In this document: positions 7,447 through 10,574 of the stretch, piece by piece
Position numbering within the stretch: the first letter of the stretch is position 1
How the letters are laid out: the number at the start of each line of letters is the position of its first letter
Notes under the pieces: model-generated
Databases searched by the model: none
What the model was told of the DNA's origin: nothing
What the model saw: only the letters and a program-made list of their open reading frames with translations
Assembly (NCBI GenBank): GCA_013331805.1
Contig: DUFS01000032.1
Span: 6,037 to 16,610, forward strand
DNA length: 10,574 nucleotides
Source of the DNA: Candidatus Micrarchaeota archaeon
GTDB taxonomy: Archaea > Micrarchaeota > Micrarchaeia > Anstonellales > Anstonellaceae
Reading direction: 5' to 3'
Translations under genes and position numbers: made by a program

Positions 7447-7545
7447 ATTGGAATTGCAATTCCAATACTGACAAAGTCTCTGCTTTGACTTTGTCATACC
7501 ACTAGTGGTGTGCAAGATTATTAATACCTCCTTATTCACATGAAT
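7447..7545. promoter_or_regulatory. Array of palindromic sites between trmB and the divergent orphan operon
   Basis: ATTGGAATTGCAATTCCAAT (7447-7466, perfect 20 bp); TGACAAAGTC-N8-GACTTTGTCA (7469-7496); ACCACTAGTGGT (7498-7509); TATTAATA (7519-7526); ATTCA-CA-TGAAT (7534-7545). Confidence 0.7.
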
Positions 7546-7578
7546 TGCCAGAAAGAAAAACAATAGGAGGTGGTGAAA

Positions 7579-8307
7579 ATGATGGCGCAAAAAACATACA
7601 AACCGGAAAAATTCGTGAAAACAAAAAAATTCTTCAAGGCAGCCTGGAGGCTCACCAAGACATTCGTGAAAATCTCCCCACTTGTGGCTGCACCGCTATT
7701 CGCTCAGGAAAAAGACACGACCAAGGCTGCGGACGAGGCTTTCTTCAAAGGCAGCTTGTCCGCCAAATCCATTGTGCGCGTGTACGACACCAATGATGGG
7801 AAAAACAAGGGAGTCGGAACAGGTTTTGTAGCCGACTTAGGAGTAGGCAAAATAGGAACGCTAGAGGCTACACTTACCGGAGTGAAGCAAACCGGTGTTT
7901 TGGGCATGAAAATCGAGGAGGCCAGCATTTCTGCGATAGTGCCTGCCGGCCCTCTTGTTGTGATTCCTTACGTGTACTCGGACCAGTATTTTGGCGTCAC
8001 CAGCGCTACACCAGGAGTTGCAGTAAAGGGTTTCGGTGTCGCAAAAATCGGCGCGGAACTTGGCAATGGCTTCTGGGTAACTTACGTAAAAGCCCTGCTT
8101 GGTCCGGTGACAGTGGGCATTGCCGGAGTGGGCTGGAATGAGAACGGCACAAGGGATGGACCTCTGCAGAAAGTGGCATTTGACTTCAACACGAACGCAA
8201 CAATTGGCAAAGTGACGGTTTCAAGCGAGGCGAGATACGGAATCCTTCTGCAGGATGGCAGCGGAAGCATGGCGTTTCGGGTAACCGTGAGTGTGCCAAT
8301 ATTCTAG
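7579..8307 (+). CDS. Hypothetical exported all-beta protein, beta-barrel-like
   Basis: GGAGGTG RBS at 7566-7572. Lys-rich N-terminus, then ISPLVAAPLFA|QEKD as a possible cleavage site. About 12 Gly-rich amphipathic strands and a C-terminal F. ATG 7582 is an alternative start. Confidence 0.75.
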   Translation: MMAQKTYKPEKFVKTKKFFKAAWRLTKTFVKISPLVAAPLFAQEKDTTKAADEAFFKGSLSAKSIVRVYDTNDGKNKGVGTGFVADLGVGKIGTLEATLTGVKQTGVLGMKIEEASISAIVPAGPLVVIPYVYSDQYFGVTSATPGVAVKGFGVAKIGAELGNGFWVTYVKALLGPVTVGIAGVGWNENGTRDGPLQKVAFDFNTNATIGKVTVSSEARYGILLQDGSGSMAFRVTVSVPIF

Positions 8308-8319
8308 GAGGTGAATGGA

Positions 8320-8841
8320 ATGGCTGGAATGAAAATACTGACTAAGAACACCGTGAAGAAGTACGGCTTGGATGAGATCGCACCGAAATTCCGGCTCTTC
8401 AAAATAGTCAGCAGAAGGAAATTTGAAAGTCTCAAGGTGCTGGCTGAGGAGACCAAGATTGAGAAGTTTGATAGCGCCTGGTGCCTAAAAAACCTCTACG
8501 AGAATATTGATAAGGCGGGGAAAGATGAGAACCAGAGAATGGACAGCCTCTACGATAGGCTGAGGAAAAAACATCAACCGTATCTAAGCCCATTTATCAA
8601 TGCTGACGGCTGTATTGACTATACTGAAGGAGCGTTTACCAATGAGCTTCTTGTTTATGCAAGAGGAGTCAAAAGAAAGGGAGACAGGCTTGCGCCGCCG
8701 GTAGTAGAAGAGGCTGAGGAGCAGGTAAAGGCGGAGATTGAACTTGGCAACAAAAAGGAAGCATTGGCACTGATAGAAGCCTTCAATCTCAGCAAAGAAC
8801 TGCTGAAGGAAGGAGATGGAGCGGTTGTGAAAAGAGAGTAG
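8320..8841 (+). CDS. Hypothetical charged, probably helical cytoplasmic protein
   Basis: Perfect GGAGGTGA RBS (8307-8314) overlapping the upstream stop, ATG at 8320. K/E-rich with no TM segment and no recognisable motif. Confidence 0.7.
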   Translation: MAGMKILTKNTVKKYGLDEIAPKFRLFKIVSRRKFESLKVLAEETKIEKFDSAWCLKNLYENIDKAGKDENQRMDSLYDRLRKKHQPYLSPFINADGCIDYTEGAFTNELLVYARGVKRKGDRLAPPVVEEAEEQVKAEIELGNKKEALALIEAFNLSKELLKEGDGAVVKRE

Positions 8842-8842
8842 C

Positions 8843-9565
8843 TCATCTAACAGGCGCGTATTCTTCCGCAGGCCTAGCAAAGACGTGCGTGTTGAACCAG
8901 TTGCCCGTGTGGAACATCACGAAGTTGAAATATCCCCATTTGCGGATGCGCCTCATAGAAATCAGCACCTTTGCCCGCGGGATGTAGTAGAATTTCCCCG
9001 TCTTCATCAGGCGCATGCCCAAATCAGTGTCCTCGCTGGTCATGAGCTTGGGGTTGAACTCGCCGCATTTCTTGTAAGCGTCGGCGCGGCAGATGAGGTT
9101 GTCCGCGTTCACGTAGGCAAGCCCGACCAGGTTCAATACTGAAGCCATGATATTCAGGATGTAGGCGCCTATCTTCTCCAGCAGGTTCCCGTCCTGCGGG
9201 GAGACGCTGCCCACGCCCCAGGAGACGTTCCTGTCGCGCTCGAACGGCTTGACTAATTCGGAGAGCCATTCCTCGGTGAGCTCTACATCGGCGGAAGTGA
9301 TTGCGAAAATCCTGCCTTTTGCCGCCTTTGCCGCGGCGTACCTTCCGCCAGAGGGGGTGCCCCATGCCTCCCGGACCACCCGGCATCCATAGTCTTTTGC
9401 TATCCTCTGCGTCTTGTCCTTGCTGTTTCCGTCACCGAGTATTATTTCATAGGTGCCGGAGAACTTCTGCCTTTTGATCGAGGCCAGGCACGCCCCGATG
9501 TACTTTTCCTCGTTGTAGCTCGGGATAAGGATGGAAACGTCAACTTTTTTTGCCAAATTGACCAC
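8843..9565 (-). CDS. Glycosyltransferase family 2
   Basis: VSILIPSYNEEKYI, YEIILGDGNSKDKT, TSADV (DxD variant), SEDTDLGMRL and SMRR motifs. Start at GTG 9565 or TTG 9556. Confidence 0.93.
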   Translation of the reverse strand: MVNLAKKVDVSILIPSYNEEKYIGACLASIKRQKFSGTYEIILGDGNSKDKTQRIAKDYGCRVVREAWGTPSGGRYAAAKAAKGRIFAITSADVELTEEWLSELVKPFERDRNVSWGVGSVSPQDGNLLEKIGAYILNIMASVLNLVGLAYVNADNLICRADAYKKCGEFNPKLMTSEDTDLGMRLMKTGKFYYIPRAKVLISMRRIRKWGYFNFVMFHTGNWFNTHVFARPAEEYAPVR

Positions 9566-9567
9566 CG

Positions 9568-10383
9568 CTAAAGCAATCTCGCCCCTGCTTCATAAGTTTT
9601 TGCCTTGATGAGAAGTTTGGGCGCGTTCGTTAGCCTCATTGGCGCATCAGAAAAAAGCGTTTGCCCCAGCATTGCCATGGAGGCTCGCTGGTTTTTTTCC
9701 ATTTCCTTATCGCACCAGCTTCCAAGGCCGGACTTCATTGTGAAGTGCCTTGCGGCTGCAACAAAGCCCTCCCAGCTCTTGTTTTGGAAAAGCTCTGAAA
9801 GCGCGGCTCTCCCCGCTTCGTTCACCGTTTTCTTCCAGTCAGCAGAGCGGATGATGCTGGAGGTTTTTATCGGGGAGAAAAATGCGATTTCAAGCTCCCT
9901 TTCCTCGAATTTGAGCTTGGTCGCGCCTTCGCCAATGCTTTTTCTTGCCAGGATCCCCCCGATTGCCGCGGCGTCCACTCCGGACAGCCCAGTTCCGCAC
10001 TCCACGTCGGCATCGTGCGCAATTTTCACGCACTCCTGGAATTTCAGGCTGCAGCCCAATACTTCGTTAAGCGCAAGGGAGAGCGAAAGCGCGCCAGCCG
10101 CGCTCATGCCCAGCCCGAAGCCAATCGGCACGTCTGTATCGTGCCTGATTTCAAGCAGCCCGACCTTTCCTTTCACAAGATCCGCGTATCTTCGGAGAAC
10201 CGCCTTGGAGACAGTCGCAGGGCCTTCCTGCCCGTTTATCAGAATGGTGGTCCTGCCTGATTTCCTTTCAGAAACAGTGCACTTCATCTGCCTGTCAATG
10301 GCAAAGCCCGCGCCTGCGGCGTCATTCTCCCCAATGCAGAACAACCCAGTGACATAAGCCGGGCAGGATGCTTTAGCTTCCAT
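9568..10383 (-). CDS. Pantoate kinase-like GHMP kinase (divergent)
   Basis: CPAYVTGLF, AGAGF, PIGFGLGMSAAGAL (GHMP P-loop), AHDADV..GTGL, GGILARK and ASMAMLGQTLF. Start placed at ATG 10383, since the upstream ATG at 10410 overlaps the TATA box. Confidence 0.82.
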   Translation of the reverse strand: MEAKASCPAYVTGLFCIGENDAAGAGFAIDRQMKCTVSERKSGRTTILINGQEGPATVSKAVLRRYADLVKGKVGLLEIRHDTDVPIGFGLGMSAAGALSLSLALNEVLGCSLKFQECVKIAHDADVECGTGLSGVDAAAIGGILARKSIGEGATKLKFEERELEIAFFSPIKTSSIIRSADWKKTVNEAGRAALSELFQNKSWEGFVAAARHFTMKSGLGSWCDKEMEKNQRASMAMLGQTLFSDAPMRLTNAPKLLIKAKTYEAGARLL

Positions 10384-10409
10384 CGGAAAGGGGTTGCGCC
10401 CTGAACCCA

Positions 10410-10415
10410 TTTAAA
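10410..10415. promoter_or_regulatory. Palindromic TATA box between the divergent kinase gene and tRNA-Val
   Basis: TTTAAA lies 26 nt from ATG 10383 (- strand) and 29 nt from tRNA G1 at 10445 (+ strand). Confidence 0.55.
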
Positions 10416-10444
10416 CCTTGATAAACAAGAAAACAAATCCAGAT

Positions 10445-10574
10445 GGGCCCGTAGTCGAACAACCCTTTTTCTCGCTCCAGATGGGGACGCTCGAAAAAGC
10501 GTTGACGGAAAATGGAAAAGGGTTCGGCAATGGTTAAGACGTCACCCTGACACGGTGAAGACTCCCGGTCCGAT
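10445..10574 (+). tRNA. tRNA-Val(GAC) with a 71-nt intron at position 15/16 (10460-10530); 3' end cut off by the window
   Basis: Exon 1 GGGCCCGTAGTCGAA (10445-10459) joins exon 2 TGGTTAAGACGTCACCCTGACACGGTGAAGACTCCCGGTCCGAT. D-stem GTCG/AGAC, anticodon stem TCACC/GGTGA, loop CTGACAC (GAC at 10549-10551), A15-U48 Levitt pair. Confidence 0.9.

Noticed and set aside
7427..7474. N-terminal extension of TrmB from TTG 7474
   Set aside because: It runs through the palindromic region, whereas ATG 7426 has a GTGA SD and gives the usual TrmB N-terminus length.
7447..7509. CRISPR array or MITE interpretation of the palindromes
   Set aside because: The palindromes are unrelated to each other, with no repeat-spacer periodicity, enclosing terminal repeats or target duplication.
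9605..10357. 250-aa + strand ORF
   Set aside because: Antisense shadow of the GHMP kinase; Ser/Pro-rich with no motifs.
10384..10410. Upstream start MGSGRNPFP for the kinase
   Set aside because: The ATG overlaps the TATA box, and pantoate kinases begin just before the P-x-(H/Y)-x-T motif.
10460..10530. Box C/D guide RNA inside the tRNA intron, as in euryarchaeal tRNA-Trp
   Set aside because: No RTGATGA or CTGA motifs are present.

Overview
Compact archaeal chromosomal segment. Archaeal markers are an Sm/Lsm protein, a pantoate-kinase-like GHMP kinase, a TrmB regulator, TATA-type promoters, GGAGGTG/GGTGA ribosome-binding sites and CCA-less tRNA-Ala. Gene content suggests a DPANN lineage such as Micrarchaeota (inference). 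In order, the window holds: a probably 5'-truncated Cys-rich repeat protein, tRNA-Ala(GGC), SmAP/Lsm, tandem-domain ThyX, an orphan, a VIT1/CCC1 transporter coupled to a Kbl/BioF-family PLP enzyme, a DUF2797-like protein, an RHH-antitoxin/RelE pair, a TrmB regulator divergent from a two-gene orphan operon, a GT2 glycosyltransferase, a divergent pantoate kinase, and a 3'-truncated tRNA-Val(GAC). Four observations stand out. (1) The tRNA-Val carries a 71-nt intron at non-canonical D-loop position 15/16 with a clear relaxed BHB motif. (2) An exported, all-beta amphipathic protein ending in Phe resembles an outer-membrane beta-barrel although the host is an archaeon. (3) That gene lies behind a dense array of back-to-back palindromes shared with the TrmB gene. 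(4) The pantoate kinase homolog has altered catalytic motifs.
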